Below are positions 25,398 to 38,672 of a stretch of DNA of 64,000 nt, piece by piece. This DNA is from Octopus vulgaris (Eukaryota): contig OX597816.1 in assembly GCA_951406725.2 (NCBI GenBank), positions 180,358,001 to 180,422,000 on the forward strand, given 5' to 3'. Under the pieces are notes generated by a model. That model worked only from the letters and a program-made list of their open reading frames with translations. It was not told where the DNA came from and searched no databases. The translations under genes were made by a program, and so were the position numbers. Within the stretch, counting starts at the first letter, position 1; the number at the start of each line of letters is the position of its first letter.

Positions 25398-25668
25398 AGG
25401 CACAGGTGGGGCTGTGTGGTAAAAGGCTTGTTTCCGGGTTCAGTCCCATGGTTCCGGGTTCAGTCCCACTGCTTGGCATCTTGAGCAAGCATCTTTTTCT
25501 ATAACTTCAGGCCAACTGAAAGAAGCCTGCCACATGTGTGTGTGTGTATGTCTTTCTGTCTGTGTTTATACCCCAGGACTTGGTCCTGGGGTATATTTGT
25601 TCAACTAAAACCTTCAAGGCAGTGCCCCAGCATGGCCACAGTCAAATGACTGAAAAAATGTAAAAGAT
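25398..25668 (+). mobile_element. SINE family A with internal deletions and a duplicated B-box segment
   Basis: ggcacaggtggggctgtgtggtaaaagg head; ttccgggttcagtccca occurs twice; family-A tail. Confidence 0.8.
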
Positions 25669-25684
25669 TATATATATATATATA

Positions 25685-26069
25685 CTAGCAGTATCGCCCG
25701 GCGTTGCTCGGGTTTGTAAGGAAAATAACTATATAAGCATTTTTAGAGAGTTATAGCCAAAAAATAGCAAAAAAGTGGAAAAAAATTATGGTAAATTTTT
25801 TTTTGAGCGTTAAAAGGGTCGAGTTGCGTCCCCTAGACAGTCTGTGGTTTGTGTTTCTGATTCTCGACCCCATGTCGAATTTATCGATTTTTTTCAGAAC
25901 TGGGGGAACTTTTCAAAATTTTCGCTGCGTTAGTTTTGAATTATGACATTGGGCTATGAGTGTGTCAAGTTTCATCAGAATCGGTTGAAAGCCGTGGTCA
26001 GGGTGAGGGTACAACGTGACAGACACACAGACACACACACAGACAAACTGCCGTTTATATATAGAGAGA
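25685..26069 (-). mobile_element. Non-autonomous Helitron
   Basis: On the minus strand it begins TC (tctctctatatataaa) and ends with hairpin cccgagcaacgccggg followed by CTAG. Inserted between A and T in (TA)n, with no TSD. Confidence 0.82.
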
Positions 26070-26107
26070 TATATCTGTATATATATATATATCTGTATAT
26101 ATATATA

Positions 26108-26188
<81 letters not shown>

Positions 26189-26303
26189 GTGTATATATAT
26201 GTGTTTGTATATATATATATATATAATTAAATGTAAGGATAAAATCTATATAAGACTTTATCAGGTATTCAGTGTGAAAAACCAGTTAAGGGGAAAAAAT
26301 GCC

Positions 26304-26348
<45 letters not shown>

Positions 26349-27005
26349 TCAATTTACAGAAAGCAAAAGGCAAGACAAGTGAGGGAACAACAAATCAATC
26401 GAGTATTTATGTTGTACCTTATTTCGTATTCTTATATTTGTGTGTGTAAAACAAATATGAATTAAGACAACTAACTCAGTGTTGCCAGTAGGAATGTATT
26501 TGAACAACATAGATGAATACAGATATATATAATGGCCACAAAACAGAGCATCAACTCAAGAAAGACATGATGATGACCTTGTTTTTGTATGGAGATGAAG
26601 TTTTTAGCTAATAACAAACAAAGTGCTGTCCTTCCCAATTGTCAATCTGGAACTGGCCTGTATTTAGTTCCCACACTCATTAGTCTGGTGGGCACAGACA
26701 TAGGCTAAGGTTGTATGGGTGGTTTTTAGTAGTGATTTAAGAAGTTCCAAATTTGGAACAATTAACTTCTGTTCAAAATGTCTAATGGTGAATATGACAA
26801 ATATCAAAACTCTCAAGGAGAGCAACAATACTCAAGCCATGTGGGAAGTGGCTTTGAAAGATATATAAGAACTTTGTGCTGGTTAATTAGTGAAAATGGT
26901 GGTTGTGTAATGTATGTTTTTCTTTGGATTTCTAGGTCTTAAGCACCAGCAATTATGATATTCTGCAAGTAAAAACTTCTTTGTCAGAATTTTAATTTTG
27001 TAGTG

Positions 27006-27586
27006 CAGTGGTTTCCAATCATTTGTGTACTCCTAGGAAATATTTGATGAATTTTCTCAATTATCTTTAAAGTAATGACACAATGATGTAAGAGTCCTTT
27101 TAATGGATTCAATTGTACACCGTGAATGAACAAATTAAACAATGGGCTTTTGACTCACTGCACTAATTACTTGGAGCAATTAGAAAGAAACAAAAGTTAG
27201 AAAAAATATCCCAGTTAATTCATTTATATTGTGAATATGAAATTCAATGATGTCCTTGTTGCTGCTTCTCATTTCGGATTCTATTCAACTACAGAACTTT
27301 CTTGCTGACTGTGATCTGAAGGTTTGTCTGAGTTCTAGATTTCATCTTCATTGACAGAAGAGAACTGAATCCAGATTCACACAAGTCTGCAATTGCAAAT
27401 GGAATGAAGAAGACACGGTTGTTGGTCATAAAATGTACATTTATACAAAAATTAAGTTTTGGTAGCCTTAATAAAATAATTCATAAGTAATTTAAATAAT
27501 TTATATACTTGGTCTCTTTGTCACATCCTCTGACATGCCATCTTGCACACCCATGAGGTGTGCACAGAACTGGTTTCGAATTCCTG
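27006..27586. mobile_element. Possible very old hAT element
   Basis: Begins cagtggtttccaa and ends ggtttcgaattcctg, resembling decayed hAT TIRs; no clear TSD. Confidence 0.3.
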
Positions 27587-28170
27587 GGATGATATCTCTA
27601 GCAGACTGACAACAATCCAGAAATTAAGACACACTGGTTACTATAGAATAGCTTGCAGTGAGATTAACCATGCATTGACAGCTCTGCTGCTAGGTTTCAT
27701 GAAAGATAGAAGATAATCAGTGGGACAGATCCTTTGATGTTATATTACAGCCATGTCCAGCATGGTAAAGTAATAATGGAAATTTATTAACATGTTTTTA
27801 TTCAATGAATGCTCCCCCCAGTGGACATGAGCCCCAAGTGAAAACACATACAAAGATAAACGAAGTATAATATGAGAATACAGCATAGATAAAGTGTTTG
27901 TACTTGTGAACAGGGAGAAGGAAAAAGGAAAGAACAAAAAGAAAGGGTGGAGGGAGAAAATGAAGACACAGCTTAAAGAAACTATGTAAGATTGAACGAA
28001 AGGTAATGAAAGATATAAGTATAAAGAGAAAGTGAGAGGAGAGAGACAGAAAGAGAGAAAGAAAAGAGATTGAGTGTTAAACGATGTGAACCAATCAAAA
28101 GAGACTGGGATCCTGAGTTGGCCAAAAGGGTCAAAAACATTCTCGTCAATGCATGATCAACAGAAGTAAA

Positions 28171-29162
28171 TCATCATCATCATTGTTTAACATCCTCTTT
28201 CCATGCTGGCATGGGTTGGACGGTTTGACTGAGGACTGGCAATGTTTCTACAGATAGATGCCCTTCCTAATGCCAATTACTCCAAGAATATAGTGGGTGC
28301 TTTTTACATGTCACCGGCACAGAAGCCAGTCAGATGGACCTGGCATCAATCACGTTTGGATAGTGGTTTTTATGTGCCACCGGCACAGGAGCCAATCAGG
28401 GGTACTGGCATTGGCCATGTTCAGATGGTGCTTTTTACATGCCACTGGCACTGGCATGAGGCGTGGAGTGGGGGCAGTCAGGCGGTTCTGGCATTGATCA
28501 CATTCAGATAGTGCTCTTTACATGCCACCGGCATCAGCCACATTCAGGTGGTGCTTTTTACATGCCACCAGCACAGGAGCCAGTCAGGGGACACTGGCAA
28601 CAGCTGCGATTTTGGTTTTACTTGACCCAACAGGTCTTCTCAAGCATATCATATCACCTGACTTATCAAGGATACTCTTAAATGGGCCAGACATGCAACA
28701 CTGGCATCAACCATAGCTGCAATCTCACTTTAGTTTCCATGTCTCCTCAGTCACAGCATATCTCCAAAGGTCTCGGTCTCCTGTCGTTGCCTCTGTGAGT
28801 CGCAATATTCGAAGGCCATGCTCCACCATCTCATCCCATGTCTTCCTGGGTCTACCTCTTCCACAGGTTCCTTTCACCATTAGGGAGTGGCACTTTCTCA
28901 CACAGCTGTTCTCATCCATACATAACACATGATCATACCAGCACATTCATCTCTCTTGCTCACCACATTTAATGCTTTTTATGTCCAACTTTTCTCTCAG
29001 GGCGCTTACACTCTGTAATGTATGCACACTGACATCACACATCCAGCAGATCATATTAGCTTCATTTCTTTCAAGCCTGCGCATGTCCTCAGCAGTCATG
29101 GCCCATGTTTCACTGTTGTGTAGCATGGCAGTTCACACACATGCATCATACAGTCTACCTTA
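28171..29162 (-). mobile_element. 5'-truncated RTE LINE (ORF C-terminus plus 3' UTR)
   Basis: Minus strand: GRLYDACV..AMLHNSETWAMTAEDMRRLERNEANMICWM and WYDHVLCMDENSCVRKC..GRGRPRKTWDE..DRDLWRYAV. 3' UTR with five ggtgctttttac-type subrepeats and a (cat)n end. Confidence 0.9.
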
Positions 29163-31484
29163 GTTGCCTGCAGAGGTTACTAGCTGAAATACCTAGTATT
29201 GCCCAGACTGAAGAAACAGAACATTGTCATTAATGTTGCAACCTAATTTACTTCCAAAAGCTTATGGACAAACCATAGGCAGAATATCAGACTGACCTGT
29301 ATTACATTTTTTTATATATTTTAGAAAGTTTATTTAGATTTCAGTTTTATATACCATATTATGATTCTGCAAACAAAAATTGAAAAGTAAGAAAATAGAC
29401 AAAATAAAAATCAAATGAAAAATTCACCAATTGAGTATTTGAATTCTGTTTCTTCTTTGTTTAGTCCCCAAGCTCTAACCCTAAATCCTATAGCCTAAAC
29501 CCTAAAACTTAACCTTGCCCTAAAACATTAATCTATAATCACTGCCTTTAATCTTTTTTTTAGGTTCATAATTTTGTATGTTTAAAACAGAAACCTGAAA
29601 ACAAATTTCTAAAAAAAACATTTACAATTGAAAACATTAAGGCCAGTTGCATTATCCTGAATAAATGAGGAGAATAAAAAAAAAAACAATAGAAATAATG
29701 AAAAAATAGTTTCTATGTGAAGAATATCATTAAGTGCTGATGATTAAAACCTAGAAATTTAGAGAGAGAGAGAGAAAGTAAGAAGACTAGTGAATTAGAT
29801 GTAGATATTTGACCCATGACTGAGCTAAAGGTACCACCCATGCCTGAAAACTCAGAACATAAGGAGCCATTTTGTTTATTGCTCTGTATGTGCGTAAGGG
29901 TAAGAGGAGTGACCATGTATGGGTGTGTATGAGTATCTGTTTATACACATGTCTGTATATATGAGTGTCCTATGTAGAACAGCATGCGAGTGTATGCATA
30001 TGGATATGTATATCTCTGTTCACACACACACACACACAAGGCTAGTTGGCTGAAAAATTGTCTAGAGCTACTATTTCCACACCCCTTCTTCCACTATTCC
30101 TTGTCAAGTTTCAGTGTTTCTCCATCTACTTTAACTTCATTCTCCACTCTCACATTGAAGCTTTATCAGCCTCACACTAACAGTTTTGCAGCTATCCTGT
30201 GACACTTGTGCTGATACATAGGTGTAGTTCAAATTTGTAAGTGTCAAGATAACATACATACATACACTTGTATGCTAGAATCATTGACATGAAGAGTAGC
30301 CACCACCTAGACTTGTGGTGGATGCTTTACATCTAACCGAGAAGGCTGCGCCTCTACTGTCCATGAACAGGAGATAGCTACTAAATACTTCATCATTATG
30401 AAAGATAAGGATGCCTCTAAGCATCAGAATGAACGTTGATTATGTCAGTGTGGTAGACATAGCCTGCATCTTTAGAAACCGTCCATCAATCCCCACAAGA
30501 TACTACAGGCTCCTGAGACGTAACATTATTGCTAAAACCATTTACCATGCTTCCAGCAAAAGAGGGTTTGCTCCGGTGGCCAAACCAATGGCACACCAGA
30601 ACTGAAATGTACCTACACATTTAAAACAGCTGGTCTGATAGGATACTGTTGGACAAGAAAAATGCATGCTCTACTATAGAGATCAGCTGCCCAGTAGTAG
30701 TAAATGCTTAATCTAAATTGGAGAAAAGATAAACATCTATAGAGAACTAATGAGAAATTTACAGGCTTTATATCTGGGCAAGAGATTTTTATTTGTACCC
30801 AGGGTCTAAATGAAGTGGGTTCAGTTGATATACTGATCTGGAGACCAGTGACGATGAGTTTGTGAATGTCAGACAAGACCCAAAATCAGTCATGTTTCAT
30901 CTTTGAAACTTATCCTTGATACTTTACATATCTGTTTGTCTGTCTGTCTGTCTGTCTGCTTGCCTGTCTGTCTGCTTGCCTGCTAGTCTAATATGTTTGA
31001 GATAGTAGACTACACATGCTTTGAGAAACTAGTTTTAATGGTAATAGTCACTATAAATTTTAAATATACACATACATGTATACAGATGCAAACACATTCT
31101 TATATACACACACACACATACACACACACACACACACACAATCATAATCACACGCATATATATGGATGTGTAAATCTTCTGCTTCTTTACCTCCTCCTAC
31201 TAACTGCTTGTGAAGTTTATCCTTCTACTTGTAGTTATGTGTGTGTGTATGACAGGCAGAAAATTGTGTATGAGAAGTTGTGTATTCCATGCAGTCAGTG
31301 TCCATCAATGTTTTAGGTAACTATGCATCTTGTCAGAGTATGTTGAACTAAACACACACACACACATATGATTGTGTATAAGTTAATAAGAGTATTTTCT
31401 TGTACATAAAGGTTTTTCTGTAGTTCTTAAGAAGACTGCGGTGCCAACAACCTTGAGTACCTTTTTGAATTCCATGTGTCCTAA

Positions 31485-31820
31485 TACACATCGGCATGCC
31501 TACAAAGTCAGAAAACAGCACAGCTCCCATGACTTTTGGAAACATTTTTTTCACACTCAGAGTTGCTGAAGCATGGAACAGACTATCTGCATCAGTTGTT
31601 AGCTACCAAGATGCTGCATCCTTTAAAACCTCCATGCTTCCTGAAATTTGCCAACGCTACACCTGGTATTTCCACCTACTCCATACACATGCATATCATG
31701 ACTCATACACTGTTCACTTTCCTAACATTTATACATAATTCTATGTACTATACACACACCTTTGATGAGTTGTAGAGCACCTGAGCACTATACACAATAA
31801 TTTCATGATCATTATCATAT
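31485..31820 (+). mobile_element. CR1-like LINE 3' end, older copy
   Basis: FFTLRVAEAWNRLSASVV..SFKT and a 3' UTR homologous to 32560-32870. Confidence 0.85.
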
Positions 31821-32202
31821 CAAAATTTAGATTAATAAAATCAGTTCATAGATACAACACATGTGAAATACACTATGAAAGTTACTGGTAGTTAAATATC
31901 AAATCCAACAATGGTGAATAGGATTTACTGTGGAGGATAGACAAAAACAAATGTCTGTGAGATTTTGTTTTCTCACCTGACAGACTGAAATAAGGCAGTC
32001 TCTGAAATGTAATCAATAAAACTCTAAGCATGCAAAACTTTCAAGTTGAAAACCTGTCGTTCATTTGGTAAATCATGGGTGTATACAAAATGCAAATTCA
32101 ACAATCTACAGGTCATGTATTTGCATTTCCAAAACTGTTATGTCCATGAACACACGAAAGAAGTACTTCTACTAGTCCACAGAACGTAATGGGTAGATTA
32201 GA

Positions 32203-32880
32203 CTGAGGGTGTCTTGGCATCACTCACCAAATCCTTTGTGAGCCGCTCTCCGACTATCTATCTGCAGCTTTATATAGCTATGGTAAGACCACACCTGGAA
32301 TTTGCATCACCGGTCTGGAACCCCTATCTTGCCCAGGATATCAATCGTCTGGAAGCCATTCAGCGACGTGCAACCAAAAGAATACCCTCTATCAGGCATT
32401 TGCCATATTCTGAACGCCTTACTTCCCTGGGCATGGACACATTGAAACTCCGACGTCTGGCAGCTGACTTGGCAGACACCCATAAAATTATCAACCATCG
32501 TACAAACAATAACTCTGCGCACCTTTTCAAACTCCACCCATCTAACACCCATGGACATATTTACAAAGTCAGAAAACAGCACAGCTCCCATGACTTTAGG
32601 AAACATTTTTTCACACTGAGAGTTGCTGAAGCATGGAACAAACTGCCGGCATCAGTTGTTTGTCGGAGCACTGCATCCTTCAAAACTTCCATGCTTTCTG
32701 AGATTCGCCAACACTACATCTGATTTTCTCCCCTCCATACACACACAAGCATGTATCTGACTCATGCAATGTTCGCTTTCCAGACATTTGTACATTACTG
32801 CAAGCGCTTTATATGCACTGTCTGACAAGTTGTTGTGCACCTGAGCACTGTATACAATAATTTCATTATTATATTATTAT
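32203..32880 (+). mobile_element. CR1-like LINE, 5'-truncated (ORF2 C-terminus, 3' UTR, (TTA)n tail)
   Basis: ORF 32214-32723: LYIAMVRPHLEFASPVWNPY..RLEAIQRRATK..LPYSERL..LGMDTLKLRR..FFTLRVAEAWNKLP, the typical CR1-clade post-RT region. Confidence 0.92.
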
Positions 32881-33968
32881 TAAAACTATTAATCCATTTT
32901 GTCAGTTTTCAACAAGCTGTTGTAGATATCATGAAGCAAAATATCATTATTCCTCAGTTTAATGGTATCTTCAAGATTGTTAAAAATTGGTGGATAAAGG
33001 TTTCTTTTTCTTTTTCCATGAGGAATTTACTTGTACATCTAAGGTACTGGTATACTGATCATAACTTTAGCAGTCCTTACCTCCAATTAATGTCATTAAC
33101 TTTTATTATGGTATGTTAATGTTTGTCCCAGTCTGTTTTGAATGACAAAGTTTTCACTTCAGTTTCACCATTAAGCATAATAACTCCATTAATTCATATT
33201 AAATGTATTTTGACCTGTCAATACTAATTTTCCTTGATTCTGTAATACAAACTGATTTACTCTGAAGTATTCAAGCCTAAATTTAAACCTGTATTTAATA
33301 ATTTTATTTTAGACCCATTTGTTATGATCTAAACACCATCCTAATAATGAAAAGTTATTTTACTCAAACTCTCTAAAATTAATTGAAAAAGTAGATAAGT
33401 GTATTACATTGGAAATATTGTTCTAAAAGGGCCAACCCCATCCCATAGAAAATTGTTTATAAAATAGTAAAATTTCCCTGGAAAGAAAAATATCTTGGAA
33501 GTAATGAAATCCCGATATGTATTTTAATTACTGAAAACTCCATGCACCAAGTGTTAGATGTTAGTTGGCTTGTTAGATTTGTTACTCAGACTTTGTTGGA
33601 AGTCAGAGAATGTGAAAGAAAATGAAAATACGAAAGATTAAATATTGAATTCATTCCCAGAGATTATCTGAACAAATCTGTAATTATTTGATAATTATTG
33701 CTGGCATAAGCTGAACAAATTTCAGAGTAATCCAGAACAATCAACAGTGCAAGAATCTCTCTGAAAGATTTAATTTTCATGACATGCAATTGGATAATGT
33801 TTTGAACAGATATTTCATTTATGTCAGCTATAAAGATAAAATATACCACCTCCAGTTGATGGGTCCCAAGTTCATATCTGCTGACCTTTTCTTCTGCCTT
33901 TTCACAAAATAACTAATTCTACAATGAAAGAAGCAGCAACATTTTTGGAAAAACCAGGAAAATCTATA

Positions 33969-34031
<63 letters not shown>

Positions 34032-34314
34032 ACATATTTACATACATACTAGAGTCCTATGCAAGGGAAAATTTTATCTCTTAACACTGCTGGAGCATGA
34101 AGGGGCATGAGATTTGTTGGTTTGAGAAATGAAGAAATATTGTTACATAAAATAATTAGTGGCATTTCTTCTGAGTTCAATTTCTGTTGAGGTCGATTTT
34201 ACCTTTCATCCTTTTGGCATTGATGAAATAAGTTCCTGTTGAGCACTGAGAATGATGTAATTGACTTGGAAATTATAATGGTTTTAATTACCTTGATTAC
34301 AAGGTCAAGAGAGT

Positions 34315-34348
<34 letters not shown>

Positions 34349-34349
34349 G

Positions 34350-34800
34350 AAGGCAGTGAGCTGGCACAATCATTAGGACACCAGGCAAGATGCTTCCCAG
34401 GATTTTGTCTGTCTTTACATTTTGAGGTTGACTTTGTCTTTCATCCTTTCAGAGTTAATAAAATATGTACCAATTGAACGCTGGGATTTAATTTAATTTA
34501 GCCCCTCCCTCAAAACTGCTGGCCTTGTGCCAAAATTTGAAACTATTATCATTATCATTATTATTATTATTGAAGGCAGCGAGCTAGCAGAATCGTTAAC
34601 ATGCTTAGTGGTATTTCATCTGCTGCTCTGAGGTCAACTTTACCTCTGAGGTCAACTTTACCTTTCCTCTGAGGTCAACTTTACCTTTCATCCTTTTGGG
34701 GGTCAATGAAATAAGTACCAGTTATGCACTGGGATCAATGTAATCAACTTGCCCCTCCCCCAAAATTTCAGGCCTTGTGCCTATACTAGAAAAGATTATT
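34350..34800 (+). mobile_element. Two tandem SINE family B copies in (TTA)n; the second has ctctgaggtcaactttac triplicated
   Basis: gaaggcagtgagctggcacaatc.. near 34350 and gaaggcagcgagctagcagaatcgttaac.. near 34573; 18-mer repeated three times at 34626-34685. Confidence 0.82.
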
Positions 34801-34802
34801 AT

Positions 34803-35052
34803 TATTGCAGTGTGGAAGGTGTTTATAAGCCATTTAAGAAACACACAAAATCTGTTAGCTTCACTTCAACATTTAAATTTAATTTGTCAAAATATTTTTG
34901 TTGCGCTGAGACCGCGACCTGTTCACTGACAAAATTCTAACGAATTTTGTGTTTCTTAAATGGCTTATAAACACCTTCCACGCTGCAATTGTTTTCGTTC
35001 CAGCACACGCTCTCAGATTAGGTCACTTGCTATGCATGTACATCTCTGTAAT
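34803..35052. mobile_element. Inverted-repeat element, probably a Penelope-like pseudo-LTR remnant
   Basis: About 55-bp arms attgcagtgtggaaggtgtttataagccatttaagaaacacacaaaat (from 34803) and attttgtgtttcttaaatggcttataaacaccttccacgctgcaat (to about 34989); unique sequence continues past the right arm. Confidence 0.55.
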
Positions 35053-35557
35053 TATCATTTTTATTGACTGTTAGTGGTAGAAAAAATAGTGGTAAACTGT
35101 ATGCCTTATGTTATTGAAGATTATTATGTTTGAATGGTGGTAATAAGGAAGCCTATATATGTATACATGCTGGTGGCTTTGAAGGCTGTACAAATAATAC
35201 TGGAGTCTAAAAGGAATAAAAATTACAGTCAGTGGTTTCCAAAAACTAATTATTTCTCTAATTAAACACTGGGGTAAATTTCCAGTTGTATTTAGATGTA
35301 AAAGGATATTTGCTGCAGTGGAACCAGGTTATCAAAAACTGGAAGTAAACATCTTATAACACTTGAGAGCATTACTTGACACATATGCTTTGAGCAACAA
35401 GCATTACCAGACAAACACACACACACACACACACGATATGATGTGACCATCACCAGATGCATGATATGTGTGAAATTATCGTTACCAGACATCATTATTT
35501 CCACTCTTATAGGCAATGTGGGATCAGCATTATCACTATAAAATATGTGAGATTAGC

Positions 35558-35620
<63 letters not shown>

Positions 35621-35626
35621 TAAAAT

Positions 35627-35806
35627 TGGGAAGGTCAGTTTATGGGATTACCTTAGGTCTCCTATCATCAGATCCCAAAACCTGTTGGCCCAAAACCTCT
35701 TTAAAATATTGGGCCAACAGGTTTTGGGATTTGACAATATGCCATAGAGCTAAATCCTTTTTAAGGACAGGAAACATAAGGTAATCCCATAAACCGGCCT
35801 GCCCCA
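35627..35806. mobile_element. MITE-like element with outer and inner inverted repeats, next to (TA)n
   Basis: Outer arms tgggaaggtcagtttatgggattacctta / taaggtaatcccataaaccggcctgcccca; inner arms tcagatcccaaaacctgttggcccaa / ttgggccaacaggttttgggatttga. Confidence 0.75.
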
Positions 35807-35854
35807 TTTATAATATATACTGCTAAGCTTCTGCTTTCAGATGTGTTTTTTACA

Positions 35855-35909
<55 letters not shown>

Positions 35910-36340
35910 TGTATGGCACCAGTGATGATATGTTGTGAATTGGATTGGTCTTGGCATATTACTATCACTAATGAGGGATGAAAAAAACAAACCAAGCATT
36001 ATTTTATTTAATATCACAAATACATACAAACATACATTATACTTTTTCCGTTGGTAAGCTTTTGTTTGTGTGTGTATGTGTGTAAATATATGAATGTAAA
36101 TGCTTTCACAAATAAAATTGCATTTCATATTTGAAACTCCGATGAAGTTATAGGGTGATACAAGCATTCAACTATAAGTCCATTGCAGTTTATAACAGAA
36201 ACAACTGTAAGCCAATGAAGTTCATAACATAATTGTTTATTCCTTTGTCATTCCAATTCCTTATTACTGCTTTGTACTTGACTGAAGCATATGTATACTG
36301 AGTTCTAATACTATGCTGAAGCAAAATGATATCTGTATAC

Positions 36341-36373
<33 letters not shown>

Positions 36374-37298
36374 TATACATATATATATAAAGAGAGAGAG
36401 AGAGAGAGAAGCAGGCAGGCAGACAGATATGCTGATACATAAATATATATGAAATAGTTTATTTGCAAAATTTTCATCTATGAAATTTCCCTGACATGCT
36501 ATTTTTTGCTCAGTCCATAGCTATGGTTAAAGACACTCGTTCCTAAGTCTTACATTGTGGGATTCAAATTGGAAATCAGCACTTGTGAAACAAACTCCCT
36601 AACCACACAACTAAGCCTGTGCTTTGAACTGAATTGAGAACCTGGAAGAATTAAACTAAGCAAACAGCTCTCAAGTGTCTCTGCCACCTCTACTATGTGA
36701 ATCTACAGTATTGCTTTAAGCTGTTGAATGTTAGCATTTCATGATGTGTAAAGTTTTGAATGTTAGCATTTCATAACATGTAAGCTGTTGAATTTCAGCG
36801 TTACTCACCAGCTTTGTAACATCAATATTACCAAGCATGTAAGTCATACAATGACAGCATTACTTGAGAGCTGTACACTGTAAGCATTAACATGTGTTTA
36901 AGAGGCTTGCTTCATAATCACCTAATTTGGAAATTGATTCCACCGCACAGTACCTTTAATAAATGTCATCTACTGCAGTTTCAGGTGAGTCCATGCTGTT
37001 TCAGTAAAATTCAGTGGATGGAAACTATGATAAAACCAATCACTTGACTTGTACTGTTTCGTGGGTGGTGAACTTAAAATCACGTGGTCCTTCGTTTGTT
37101 TTACTGCTAAATTCACTCCATTGCAACCATTCAGATCAGCTGCCTCATCTGCGGATATCAAGATGTTTCTTTTTTGAGTCTCAGAAATTCTTGTATAAAA
37201 GTTTCTTTGGTACTGCCTTTCCATGTCAGACTAAGCCATACAAATGAAAAAACTATAAGTTATCAGTCATATTCAATCTGATGGGTACAGGTGTAGTA

Positions 37299-37470
37299 CA
37301 GGCACATGTATGGCTGTCTGGTATGAAGGTTGTTTCCCAACCACATGGTCCTGAGTTCAGTCCCACTATGTGGCACCCTGGGCAAGTGTATTCTATTACA
37401 GCTGTAGACTGGCCAAAGTTTTGTGAGTAGATTTGGTAGATGGAAATTGAAAGAAGCCTGTCGTGAGCAC

Positions 37471-37502
<32 letters not shown>

Positions 37503-37905
37503 GCATACATATATATATGGATGGACGGATGGACGTTGAAAAAGCTTCACAAGCTGTTGCTCAGAGTTTCATGTTACTGTTCATCAGACAATTGTGATCG
37601 CACCTGTCTGACAAATAGACAGGCAGACAGACTGATATAGATGTATATGTATGTGTTTGTATCTCCGTATCTTGTGATAGTTGTAAATTATTGTCTCTGT
37701 CATACAAGTAGTGTCATTCCTTTTCAATATTCTGCAAGACCATGTCTGGCCATGGGGAAATATTACCTTGCTTGGAAATAGGTGAGGGTTAACAACATCT
37801 GGCTATAGAAAAAATTTGCCTCAGTAAAATCTATTCAACCTATGCAGACATGGAAAAGTTGACATTAAATTGATGAGGAGGAGGAGGAGGAAGAGGATGG
37901 TGATT
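37299..37905 (+). mobile_element. SINE with family-A head and RTE-type tail, interrupted in the central microsatellite
   Basis: Family-A head 37299-37465; tail catgtctggccatggggaaatattacc..catggaaaagttgacattaaattgatga. Confidence 0.7.
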
Positions 37906-38028
37906 TGAACTGTAATTGTTCAGATGTTCGTCTTTCAACCAGCATGTCGCTATACATGGTGTGTAAGCTATACAATCAACTTTCTAAGTTAGTATCTAAT
38001 ATCATCCTTACCAATCATTTCAGTTGTA

Positions 38029-38430
38029 CAAGGTGGGCTAAAAGTCATGCACCAAAGGTTTTGAAGTTTTATTTATATTACGTTGAACTGGCAGAATTGT
38101 TAGCACACTGGGCAAAATGCTTGGCAGCATTTCGTGTTTTTACATTCCAAGTTCAAATTCCGCTCAAATCAACTTTGCCTTTCATCATTTCTGGGTCGAT
38201 GAAATAAGTACCAGTTGAGCACTAGGGCCACTATAATCAACTATCCCCCTCCCCAAAAAATTTAAGCCCCTGTGCCAATAGTAGAAAGGATTATTATTCA
38301 TTTTGTTCATCATATGCAAGTATGTGTGTATTGACCATTATTTTATTTAATTGTAGAAAAATTGAAGCATGTCTTTGACAATTCCAGATCATATTGAACT
38401 TATTCTGTGCATGACTTTTAGCCCACCCTT
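38029..38430. mobile_element. Tc1/mariner-type MITE containing a nested SINE B (about 38085-38296)
   Basis: TIRs ta-caaggtgggctaaaagtcatgcac / gtgcatgacttttagcccaccct. Confidence 0.8.
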
Positions 38431-38672
38431 TTATAATGTCAGCAAGTTTAGGTCAATATGCTATACAGTGTTAACACTTCTCAGCTGACATGCAGCAGCA
38501 TCACCAGACTGGGAAACTGTACAGTGTCAATATCTCTAAAACTATATGAAATGTTTAACATCAACAGGCTGGCCAACCTTTTTATGATGTGAACATTATC
38601 ATACAAGCAAGCTGTGAAGTGTCAACATTTTGATGCTGACATAACATGTTACTTTAGAAATGTTAGCATTAT

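Noticed and set aside
25943-26345. ORFs rich in YI/HT/CV dipeptides or poly-L/N/Y (also 8475, 18229-18656, 44407-44907, 48952, 59296-59738)
   Set aside because: These are translations of (TA)n, (CA)n and (TTA)n microsatellites, with no domain similarity or splice context.
30290-30620. More complex, CpG-containing segment with a 64-aa ORF
   Set aside because: No motif, splice signals or second copy recognised, so no call can be justified.
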